Source: an uncultured Chloroflexia bacterium (GTDB taxonomy: Bacteria; Chloroflexota; Limnocylindria; Limnocylindrales; CSP1-4). From it: DNA of 64,000 bases. Position 1 is the stretch's first letter. The number at the start of each line of letters is the position of its first letter. The notes under the pieces are model-generated. The model was not told the DNA's origin. It ran no database searches and saw nothing but the letters and a program-made list of their open reading frames with translations. The position numbers and the translations under genes were made by a program. Of this stretch, positions 49,923 through 58,845 are shown piece after piece. Where the stretch lies: NCBI GenBank assembly GCA_963748625.1, contig CAVVJT010000010.1:800001-864000 (forward strand). The letters are read 5' to 3'.

Positions 49923-51796
49923 GACCCGACTCCTTCGGCTGCGGGCGCCGCGTGCGCCATGCGTCCTCGCTCATCGGCGGCCCAGTTGCGCCGGTAGTTC
50001 GCGTAGTGGATGGCGCCGATCGCCTGGGCGAACTGGGCGACCGTGTAGGTCTCGCTGTCGCGCAGCTGGCGCATGAGGTCCGTGTTGGCCATCTCATCGT
50101 CGGCTACGGCAAGCCAGAGGGTGGGCGCGATGAACCGAGCCCCGCCGACCATCAGGTCGAAGCACGCCCGACGCTTCACGAGCCGGCCGAACAGGATCCG
50201 CTTCTGGACGGCCGGGTCCAGGAGCCACGCGGATTCGTGCCAGGCGACGGCCATGAATTCCCCGATCTCCCAGAAGATCCGGTCAACCGCCGGGTGACCC
50301 CCCTCCTCTGCCGCGGCCATCAGGAACTCGAGCAGCGGCTTGCGCATGTCCTTGGGCTCGGTCGGGACGAACACGCCGTCCTCGGAGACCGTGAGCAGGC
50401 CCCGCTCCAGGAGCTCGGCGAAGAGCGCCGGGTCCTCCTCGGGCAGGTACTTGGCCGCCAGCCGGAAGACGCCGCTCTGGCTCGTGTACTTCTGGAGCGT
50501 GCCGGCGAGCCGCGTGTTGAAGTTGTTGACGCTCCGGACGTCATCGGGGGCGTACTGGCGCTCGGGGTAGCTGCCGAGGTCGATGATGCAGTTGTAGATC
50601 TCGAGGGGGATGTCAGGAATGGTGCCGGCCTCCGTCACCCACCCGGTCCCGAGCTCCGTTCCGAGGGTGTGCGCGAAGACGCCATCGGCGATCGCCGCGG
50701 GGTCAACCACCCCGAGCTCCACAGCGGCGGTGAAGGCCGCCATCGGGCCGTCGTTGACCATGCCGACCACGCCGCCGGGCTTCACGAACGCCCGAAGCGC
50801 CTCGTCGAGGGTCGAGAGCCGCCGGAACTCGGCCTCGTAGGCGGGACCGAGGTGTTCCCGCATGCCGCGGGTCTTGTAGACCTCGCCACCCACGATCTTG
50901 TCGCGTACGACGACGTCCGGGAAGCAGACACCGATGGCATCAAGCCCGAATGGGGCGGACTGCAGCGCCTCCCCAGCGAGCACCGAGGCCTCGATCGTCG
51001 GGAGCAGGGCACCGCGGGCGAACGCCGGGGCGAGCACCTCCGCCATCGCCTCTGGGTCACAGGCACCCCTGACCCTCGCCCCATCGAGTCGCATCAGGCG
51101 GACGAGCAGCAGGATCGGGTCGATGATCTGGTCGATCTCGGTGAAGGCGGCCGGGAACCAGTCGTACTCCAGGAAGCGGGCGACCTGGCCATCGACGGCC
51201 AGGCAGAGCTTGATGTCGGTGCCGCCGATGTCCATGCCGCAGATCGCGGTCCCGTCCATGCCGCTGGTCGCCAGTGTTCCCAGCTCGTGGATCCGGGAGG
51301 CGGGAGCTGTCGCCTGGGCCGCGTCGGCCGGCGCGGCGTCGAGCATCCGGAAGCGGCCGCGGGACGGGCTGCCCGGTTCCGAGATGGCCTCGTCCATGCG
51401 CTCGGAGACATTGACGGCACGGCCGTAGCCGGGGCGCTCGAGCCGCGTTGCCTCGAGGCCGAAGGCCCGCTCGAATGCCGCAGCCAGCTCGGCCCCCTCG
51501 CCATCGTCGCCCTCCGCCTGGAGCGCGATGCCGCGGCCGCCGAGCGTGGAGATGATGTTGTAGCAACCTGCCAGGACGTACTCCGTGACCATCGCCCGCT
51601 CGTCATCTGCCAGCGCCGCGAACCTCGGCAGGCGGAAGAAGAAGGCCTTGCCAGCCTCGTCGAAGCCGTCGAGCGAGGCCGTCAGGACGAACGAGTCCGA
51701 GGGCGGCAGCGCATCGAACCGCTCACGCACGGAGCTGATGTACACGGGTCGGCCCGCTGCGGCGGTGTCGACCAGATCCCGGATGACCTGGCTCAT
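49919..51796 (-). CDS. Long ROK/ASKHA-like putative sugar kinase
   Basis: GMDIGGTDIK, GVCFP, VNDGPMAA, TLGTELGTG; about 625 aa with an N-terminal extension. Confidence 0.7.
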   Translation of the reverse strand: MSQVIRDLVDTAAAGRPVYISSVRERFDALPPSDSFVLTASLDGFDEAGKAFFFRLPRFAALADDERAMVTEYVLAGCYNIISTLGGRGIALQAEGDDGEGAELAAAFERAFGLEATRLERPGYGRAVNVSERMDEAISEPGSPSRGRFRMLDAAPADAAQATAPASRIHELGTLATSGMDGTAICGMDIGGTDIKLCLAVDGQVARFLEYDWFPAAFTEIDQIIDPILLLVRLMRLDGARVRGACDPEAMAEVLAPAFARGALLPTIEASVLAGEALQSAPFGLDAIGVCFPDVVVRDKIVGGEVYKTRGMREHLGPAYEAEFRRLSTLDEALRAFVKPGGVVGMVNDGPMAAFTAAVELGVVDPAAIADGVFAHTLGTELGTGWVTEAGTIPDIPLEIYNCIIDLGSYPERQYAPDDVRSVNNFNTRLAGTLQKYTSQSGVFRLAAKYLPEEDPALFAELLERGLLTVSEDGVFVPTEPKDMRKPLLEFLMAAAEEGGHPAVDRIFWEIGEFMAVAWHESAWLLDPAVQKRILFGRLVKRRACFDLMVGGARFIAPTLWLAVADDEMANTDLMRQLRDSETYTVAQFAQAIGAIHYANYRRNWAADERGRMAHAAPAAEGVGS

Positions 51797-51827
51797 CAAG
51801 AAGCTCCGAAGGGCCGCCGGGGCGACC

Positions 51828-52736
51828 TCACCGTACGGCGAGACCCCGTTCGGCAAACAGGGAACGAAATGCGTTCATCTCGGCCGGCGAGTACGAGGTC
51901 GTGACATCGGCGAACTCGTGGGGCATCCCCATGCGCCGGTACTTCGCGCTCGCGAGCGGGTTGAAGTTGATGAGCTCGACCGGCAGGGCAGGGTCGATCT
52001 CCGCCACGAGGTCGGCGATCGCGCCGAGGTTCTCCGGCGTGGCCGTGTAGCCGGGGACGAGCGGCACCCGCACGAGGATCCGTCCCGTGTCCTGGAGCGC
52101 CGCGGCGAGGCGGCGCAGATTGCCGAGGATGAGCTCGTTCGAGACACCCGTCGCGACCCTGTGCGCTTCGGGATCCGCGACCTTCACATCCACGATGAAC
52201 AGGTCGATCACGGGCAGGAGCGGCTCGATCGAGGACCACGGTGCGTGGAACGATGATTCGAGCGTCGTGGGCAGACCCTGTTCCTTGAGGGCGGCCGCCG
52301 TCTCGAGCACGAACGCGGCCTGGGCAAGCGGCTCGCCGCCCGAGAACGTCACGCCGCCCCCGGAGACCTCGTGGAAGATCGCGTCGCGCCCGACCTCGGC
52401 CACCACCTCGTCCGTCGTGATGTCGCGGCCGTCCAGCGCGAGCGCGTTGCGGGGGCACGCCTCCACGCAGTCGCCGCACTGGGTGCAGGCGGCATGGTTG
52501 ATGTCGACGCCGGTCGGCGTCAGCGTGATCGCCTTGGTGGGGCAGACCTCGGCGCAGCGGCCGGAGTGGCCGCACAGGTTCTCGAAGTGCCACAGCGAGA
52601 TGCTGCGATCGAGCCCTTCGGGGTTCTGGCACCACCGGCACCGGAGGGGACAGCCCTTCAGGAAGACGGTGGTGCGGATCCCGGGCCCGTCATGGACGGA
52701 GAACCGCTGGAGGTCGAAGATCCGGGCCGAGCTCAC
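51828..52736 (-). CDS. Glycyl-radical enzyme activating enzyme (radical SAM, ferredoxin-like insert)
   Basis: HDGPGIRTTVFLKGCPLRCRWCQNPE, CTQCGDCVEACP, GGVTFSGGEP. Confidence 0.95.
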   Translation of the reverse strand: MSSARIFDLQRFSVHDGPGIRTTVFLKGCPLRCRWCQNPEGLDRSISLWHFENLCGHSGRCAEVCPTKAITLTPTGVDINHAACTQCGDCVEACPRNALALDGRDITTDEVVAEVGRDAIFHEVSGGGVTFSGGEPLAQAAFVLETAAALKEQGLPTTLESSFHAPWSSIEPLLPVIDLFIVDVKVADPEAHRVATGVSNELILGNLRRLAAALQDTGRILVRVPLVPGYTATPENLGAIADLVAEIDPALPVELINFNPLASAKYRRMGMPHEFADVTTSYSPAEMNAFRSLFAERGLAVR

Positions 52737-55106
52737 GAGTCTTCGTAGCTGGTCCGCGCGATGATCTCGTTCTGGAGATCCTCGGCAAGCTCGGTGAAGT
52801 AGGCCGTGTAGCCGGCGACGCGGATCGTCAGGTTCCGGTACTTGTCCGGATCCTTCTGGGCGGCGATCAGGTCATCGCGGGTGACCACGTTGAACTGGAC
52901 ATGGTTGATGCGAAGCCGGACGAACCCGCGCAGCATCGAGGAGAAGGCGGCGGCCCCCTCCTCGGACTTGAAGAGGCGCGGCAGGAACTTCATGTTGAGC
53001 AGCGTGCCGTTGCTGCCCAGGTAGGAGTCCACGCGCGCCACGGACGAGAGCAGCGCGGTCGGGCCGCGGTGATCGCGTCCGTAGACGGCGGACATGCCGC
53101 CATCGGCAAGCGGGCGCCTTGGCGGGGCGGCCGTCAGGCGTCGCGCCGACGTTTGCGCCCATCGGGACGTGGGCGCTCACGGTGTAGAGGCCCGTGTGGT
53201 ACCGGCCACCGCGATAGTTCGTGCGGCCCTCGAACTTGGCAGCGAAGTAGTGGACCCACGTGTTGCCGATCTCGTCCACCCACTCGACGTCGTTGCCGTA
53301 CTTGGGCGCCTTGTTGATGAGGATGTGCTGGAGCTCCTCGTCCTGCGCGTAGTTGGTCTGCAGCGCCGCGACCAGGCGGGCCTTGTCGACGGTGCCCTCG
53401 TCGAAGACGAGCTTCTTGACCGCCGCGAGGCTGTCCGCGACGTTGGCCACCTGGATGACCTGGATGCCGGACAGGTTGTAGTGCGCGCCGCCGCGCGTGA
53501 CGTCGAGGCCGCGGTCGAGGCAGTCGTCGATGACCGAGGACAGGAGGGCAGACGGGAGGAGGCGCTGGTGCATCTCCTCGACCTTCTCGCACGCCTCGAT
53601 CATCTTCTCGAAGAAGTAGTCGATCTGGACGGCAAAGGCCTGCTCGAGGTCCTCGTAGGTCGCGAAGTCGGTGAGATAGCCGGTCTGCGGGCCGAGCTGC
53701 GCACCCGTGAGGAGGCACTTGCCATCGTTCATGGCGAGCTCGAGCGCCTTGACGAGGTTGAACATCGCCGCGTCCGACCACCCGAGGGTGTTGCCGTGGG
53801 TGGTGAGCTCGACGCAGCCGACGATCGCGTAGTTCACGGCGTCGGCCGGCGCGATGCCCTGGGCCTCGAGGGCCGGGATGATGGACTCGTCGTTGAAGAC
53901 CTGCGGCATGCCGGAACCCAGGCCGATCACGCGCGTGCACTCGTCGAGGAGCGCGTCAGGCGTGTGCTCGTGGAGCCGGGCGGAGAGGTTGGGCTGCGGC
54001 AGGAGGATGTGGGCCTGCGCCTCGAGGAACAGGTACGAGAGGTCGTTCGACTCGTCCCGGCCCTGCTCGTCACGGCCGCCGAGGGCGACATTGAAGCCGA
54101 TCGGGAAGCCCGCGAAGAACGATGCGCTGTGCGAGTTGCGCAGGTACACGATCTGGTTGAACTTCAGCCAGAGCGCCTCGATCAGCTCGAGGGCGCCTGC
54201 CCGGTCCAGCCGGCCGGCGTCGACGTCCGAGCGGTAGTAGGGGTAGAGGTACTGGTCCGCGCGACCCGGCGAGAACGACGAGGCGTTGCTCTCCATGTGG
54301 AGCAGGGTGAACAGGAACCAGAGTGACTGGACCGCCTCGTGGAAGGTCTCGGCGCCGCCGACGGTGAGCTTGGTGCAGATCCGGGCAACCTCGCGCAGGT
54401 TGGCCGCTCGCTCGGGCGTCTCGGCCGTCGCCGCCATCGCGTTCGCGAGCTCGGCATACCGGCCCATGAAGTCGATCGATGCATCGAGGACGACCAGCAC
54501 GGAGTCGTAGAACTCACGCTGGTCGGGCGCGGCGCTCGCGGCCCGGGCCGCCGCCTCCGCGCGGAGGCCGGCCGGACCAAGGCGGATCCACTTGGCCGTG
54601 TCCGGGCAGATGTGGCCCTGGGCGTGGTCCTTCTGGTTGATCTTGACGACTTTGGCGATCGCGTCGAGAAGCGGGCCATCCTCGGCCCGAAGGGTGTCCT
54701 CGAGCGTCTTGCCCTGCCAGTACGGGAGGATCCGCTCACGGAAGGTGGCGGCATCCTCGGGGTGGACGTTGAACTTGTCCTGGGGCCGCGTCGCCATCGT
54801 GTCGAGCTCGCGGTCGATCCAGCTGATCCCGGCCTCCGGGAAGACAACCCCACCGCGGACACCGGTCGTGCGGTTGCCGACGATGAGCTCGTCCGGGTCG
54901 ATGTGGATCTCGAGCCTGCGCATCGATTCGGCGAGCGACAGGGCGCGCTTGAGGGCTGCGCTGGCGCCCTCATGCGACTGGTAGACGTCCGTGATGATGA
55001 GCGCCTGCTCAATCGACAGGTAGCGCGGCTCGTCGAGCATGCGCTCCTTCAGATCGACGATGCGCTGTGTCAGTCCAGCCTGCGTGGGGTGCTCTGCCAG
55101 GGTCAT
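52733..55106 (-). CDS. pflD: Glycyl radical enzyme, PflD-like; one apparent frameshift ~53110
   Basis: ELIVGNRT, TRPQDKF, INQKDHAQGHI, ESNASSFSPGR, GCVEL Cys loop, YTVSAHVP, and RVAGY glycyl loop in the shifted frame. Confidence 0.85.
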
Positions 55107-55313
55107 CCGTACTCTCCTCGACTCAGGCGCAACCTTATCTGTCCCGTCTCCTCCCGTGAAGTCACATACCTTGCCGATTGGTGGAGGAAAGTGCCCTCCC
55201 TCCGGGCGGAACTCCGCGGCTGCCCCGGCGGGCGGGCCCGCGTCAACACGTGGATCGGGCGTGCGCCGGGGTGGAGATAACTGACGCGTTCCGCAGCGTT
55301 CCGGACTGGATGA

Positions 55314-56192
55314 TCAGTCAGCGAGACGGGCCCGACGGAAGGCGCTCGGCGTCGTCCCCGCGAGGTCCCGGAAGACGCGGGCGAAGTACTTCGGATCATC
55401 GAACCCGACCCGCTCGGCAACGTCGTCCACGGTCAGGCGCTGGTCCGCAAGGAGCAGCTTCGCCTTGTCGATGCGGACGATGTTGCGGTAGTGCATCGGC
55501 GTCACGTCCATCTTCTTCTTGAACAGCCGGAACAGGTAGCTCGGGCTCACCGCGACCTGGGAGGCGAGCTCGTCGATGTCGAAGTCGCCCGCGTAGTTCT
55601 CGTGGATGTAGCCGAGACACCGCTCCACCAGCATGTTCGACTCGCGCGCCGGCTCCGAGAAGTGCTGGCGCACCTGGAGGAAGATCGCCTTGAGGTAGGC
55701 GGAGATCAGGTCCTCGGAGCAGGGCCGGTTCGCCGTGAACTCCGCATACACCATCTCGAACAGCGACCGCAGGTTCCCGCGCTCGTCCATGAGCTTGATC
55801 GCGTGCCCGAACGTCTCCGTGGGCCCGGTGTCGGCCCACAGGCAGATGATCTCCTGGCGATGTCGCAGATCGAGGTGCTCCGCGTGCTCGAGCTCGGGCG
55901 GATAGATCACGACGTCAAATCCGAGGACGTCGACCGACTCGTCGCCGGCGTCGATGTTGGCCTTCCCCTCGAGGAAGAAGATCAGCTCGAAGAACCGGTG
56001 CGAGTGCTTGCTGAAGTTCCAGATGCGGCTCTGCTCGTCGAAGCGCTCGCAGAACTGCAGCGTCGCATGCTCGATGTTCGTGCCCGCCAGGTACTGGCAG
56101 ATCGACTCGCGCTCGACCGGCTCGGCCCTGGCATGCGTTGCGTCGGAACTGGAAGCCCCTGCTCGACCCCGCGTCCGGGCCTCCGCCGCCAT
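55314..56192 (-). CDS. AraC family transcriptional regulator
   Basis: Cupin HSH..E N-domain; SPSYLFRLFK, VAERVGFDDPKYFARVF..GTTPSAFR. Confidence 0.93.
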   Translation of the reverse strand: MAAEARTRGRAGASSSDATHARAEPVERESICQYLAGTNIEHATLQFCERFDEQSRIWNFSKHSHRFFELIFFLEGKANIDAGDESVDVLGFDVVIYPPELEHAEHLDLRHRQEIICLWADTGPTETFGHAIKLMDERGNLRSLFEMVYAEFTANRPCSEDLISAYLKAIFLQVRQHFSEPARESNMLVERCLGYIHENYAGDFDIDELASQVAVSPSYLFRLFKKKMDVTPMHYRNIVRIDKAKLLLADQRLTVDDVAERVGFDDPKYFARVFRDLAGTTPSAFRRARLAD

Positions 56193-56194
56193 CG

Positions 56195-57193
56195 TCAGAG
56201 CTCGACCCGGGTACCGGTCTCGGCCGCCTCGCGGACGGCGAGCGCGACCTGCGCGGCCTGCAGCCCCTCGAGGCCCGTGACGACCGGCCGCGCTGCCTCG
56301 CCGTGGACGGCGGCAGCGAACCCGCTCACGTTGATGTCGTAGAGGTCGCGGCGGTTGGGGATGTCGACCTCCCGCTCGCCGGATGCATCACGCACCACCA
56401 CGGTTCCGATCGGCTCCTGCGTCATGACGTTGGTCGCGAGGATCGCGCCGTCCTCGCCGATGACGTGGATCCCGGTCGGAGCATAGGCGACGGTGAAGGC
56501 ATCGTGCGTCTGCACGAGGACCCCGTTGGCGTAGCGCATCGTCGCCATGAGCGCGTCCTCGGCAGCCGACTCCCAGGAGCCCTGCTTGGTCGAGAGCGCG
56601 ACCACATCGACCGGCAGCTCGCCGACAAGTGGGTTGATGACCGCGGCATCGTGGCACGTCACGTCCAGGGCGACGCCGCCGCCGGCCTTGCTGGCAAGAC
56701 GCCAGCCCTGGAGCCGCGGCGGGAGCATGACCGCATGGAACACGCGGATCGCGAGCAGCCGGCCGATGGCCCCCGCCTGCACCAGCTCCCGGATCGTCCG
56801 GTGCGTGTCGCAGCCAGGGAGATGATGGTTCGTGCCCAGGATCACGCCTGCCGCCTCGGCCGCGGCCAGCATCGCCTGGCCGTCCTCGACGGACAGGGCG
56901 AGCGGCTTCTCGGCGAGGACGTGTTTGCCGGCCCGGGCCGCGAGGATGGCGTGGTCGCGGTGGAACTCGTTCTTGGTGCTGATGTAGACCGCATCCACGT
57001 CGTCGCGCGCAACGAGGTCCTCAACGGTGCAGCCCACGGGGATCCCGTTGCGGTCCGCGTAGGTGGCGGCCCAGTCCGCGGTGGGATCGCCGACGGCCGT
57101 CACCTCGTGGCCCATCCGGCGCATGGCCGGGATCATGCGGGTGGCGGCGACGTCGCTGGCGCCGATCAAGCCCCAGCGCAGTGTTGCAGGCAT
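56195..57193 (-). CDS. afr: 1,5-anhydro-D-fructose reductase-like Gfo/Idh/MocA enzyme
   Basis: RWGLIGAS, EKPLA, LGTNHHL, RVFHAVMLPPRLQGWRL, GGGVALDVTCHD, HDAFT, NVMTQEP; matches my recall of Ensifer/Sinorhizobium Afr motifs. Confidence 0.82.
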   Translation of the reverse strand: MPATLRWGLIGASDVAATRMIPAMRRMGHEVTAVGDPTADWAATYADRNGIPVGCTVEDLVARDDVDAVYISTKNEFHRDHAILAARAGKHVLAEKPLALSVEDGQAMLAAAEAAGVILGTNHHLPGCDTHRTIRELVQAGAIGRLLAIRVFHAVMLPPRLQGWRLASKAGGGVALDVTCHDAAVINPLVGELPVDVVALSTKQGSWESAAEDALMATMRYANGVLVQTHDAFTVAYAPTGIHVIGEDGAILATNVMTQEPIGTVVVRDASGEREVDIPNRRDLYDINVSGFAAAVHGEAARPVVTGLEGLQAAQVALAVREAAETGTRVEL

Positions 57194-57221
57194 GGCGTTC
57201 GCTCCTCGTGGCGTGGGCGGC

Positions 57222-58820
57222 TCAGACGACCTTGCCCGCACGCATGATGGCCGCACCCTTCTCGCCGACCATGATCGACGGGGCCTGGGTGTTGCCGCTG
57301 ATCAGGGTGGGCATGATCGAGGCGTCGATGACGCGCAGCCCGCCGAGTCCGTGGACCTTGAGCTGCGTGTCGACCACCGCCATCGGGTCAGAGCCCATCT
57401 TGCAGGACCCGACCGGGTGGTAGTCGGTCTTGGACCACTCCTTGATGTACTCGCGGACGGCCTTCTCCGACTTCACGTCCTTGCCGGGCAGGCGCTCCCT
57501 CCGGATCAGACCCTTGAACGCCGGGGCGTTGATGATCTCGCGCCCGCGCTCGAAACCCTCCATGGAGATCTTCCAGTCGTAGGGGTCCTGGAGGAAGGCG
57601 GGGTCGATCGCCGGCTCCACCGTGGGATCCGCCGACCGGAGCGTCACCGAGCCGATGCTCTTCGGGCGCAGGTTGCAGGTGTTGATGGTGACGCCGTGGC
57701 CCTTGATCCGCATGCGGCCGTGGTCCACGACGTACGCCGGCAGGCAGTGGATCTGGATGTCGGGCGAGCGGACGTCGCTGCTCGACCGCAGGAACGCGCC
57801 GGCCTCGGCGACGCAGGCGGTCACCGGCCCCGTCTTGTAGAGGAGGTACTGGATGCCATGGCGGGCGGCCTTGTCCCACCGGTCCTCGCCGTTGTAGCTC
57901 ACCGGCGCGGTCTCGGCCGTCAGGTACACGTCCATGTGGTCCTGGAAGTTCTTGCCGACGCCCGGCAGGTCGTGCACCACATCGACGCCGAGCGCGCGCA
58001 GCTCGTCCGCCGGGCCGATGCCCGACAGGAGCAGCAGGCGGGGCGAGTTGACAGCGCCTCCCGAGAGGACCACCTCGCCGCCTGCCTGGATCCTGGCCTC
58101 GGCGGGCTTGCCGCTGTGCAGGTACTGGACCCCGACGGCCCTGCCGCCCTCCGTGAGGACCTTGGTGGCCGTTGCGTGGGTCTCGATGACGAGGTTCTTG
58201 CGGCCCTTGGCCGGACGGAGGAACGCCGTCGCCGCGCTCTCGCGGCGGACGTTGCGCTGCGTGACGTCGTAGTAGCCCACGCCGTCCTGCTCGGCGCCAT
58301 TGAAGTCATGGCTGAACGGGATGCCGAGCGTCTGCACGGAGCGCACGAACCCCTTGGAGATGGGGTTGTGCGAGACCTGTTCGGTGACGTTGAGCGGGCC
58401 GCCGGTGCCGTGGAACTCGTTGGCGAGACGCTCGTTGTTCTCGGACTTCGTGAAGTACGGCAGGACGCCGTCGTAGCCCCACCCCTCGTTGCCGAGGTCG
58501 CGCCACTCGTCGTAGTCGAGCCGGTGGCCGCGGATGTAGATCATCGCGTTGATCGAGGTGCTGCCCCCCAGGGTCCGGCCCTGCGGGTAGTGCATCCGGC
58601 GATCGTTGAGCTGCGGCTGCGGCACCGTGCTGAAACCCCAGTTCACGTCCGGGCTCGTCAGCTTGGTGAAGCCGGCCGGCATGTGGATGAGCGGATTGTT
58701 GTCGGGTCCGCCGGCCTCGAGGAGCAGGACGCGATTGGCGGGCTCCTCGCTCAGGCGGGCGGCGACGACGCAACCCGCCGCACCGGCCCCGACAACGATG
58801 TGGGTGTAGCGCTGGCTCAT
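57222..58820 (-). CDS. GMC oxidoreductase (choline/alcohol dehydrogenase-like)
   Basis: VGAGAAG, GRTLGGSTSINAMIY, GKNFQDH, YHPVGSCKMG, GNTQAP. Confidence 0.93.
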   Translation of the reverse strand: MSQRYTHIVVGAGAAGCVVAARLSEEPANRVLLLEAGGPDNNPLIHMPAGFTKLTSPDVNWGFSTVPQPQLNDRRMHYPQGRTLGGSTSINAMIYIRGHRLDYDEWRDLGNEGWGYDGVLPYFTKSENNERLANEFHGTGGPLNVTEQVSHNPISKGFVRSVQTLGIPFSHDFNGAEQDGVGYYDVTQRNVRRESAATAFLRPAKGRKNLVIETHATATKVLTEGGRAVGVQYLHSGKPAEARIQAGGEVVLSGGAVNSPRLLLLSGIGPADELRALGVDVVHDLPGVGKNFQDHMDVYLTAETAPVSYNGEDRWDKAARHGIQYLLYKTGPVTACVAEAGAFLRSSSDVRSPDIQIHCLPAYVVDHGRMRIKGHGVTINTCNLRPKSIGSVTLRSADPTVEPAIDPAFLQDPYDWKISMEGFERGREIINAPAFKGLIRRERLPGKDVKSEKAVREYIKEWSKTDYHPVGSCKMGSDPMAVVDTQLKVHGLGGLRVIDASIMPTLISGNTQAPSIMVGEKGAAIMRAGKVV

Positions 58821-58845
58821 CTGGATCTCCGGAACGCAGGTGGGA

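Noticed and set aside
1-55106. Mass pseudogenisation or programmed frameshifting
   Set aside because: Frame breaks are scattered over unrelated genes, some compensate each other, and catalytic motifs are intact; consensus indel errors are the simpler explanation.
52733-55106. Pyruvate formate-lyase (pflB)
   Set aside because: Cys loop is GCVE with a single Cys rather than the CC pair of PFL, and the activase has a ferredoxin-like insert.
55107-55313. AraC or anaerobic regulator operator upstream of the GRE
   Set aside because: No convincing repeat shared with the 60560-60780 intergenic region could be established by eye.
57222-58820. betA choline dehydrogenase
   Set aside because: Only family-level similarity; context is sugar catabolism with no betB/betI.
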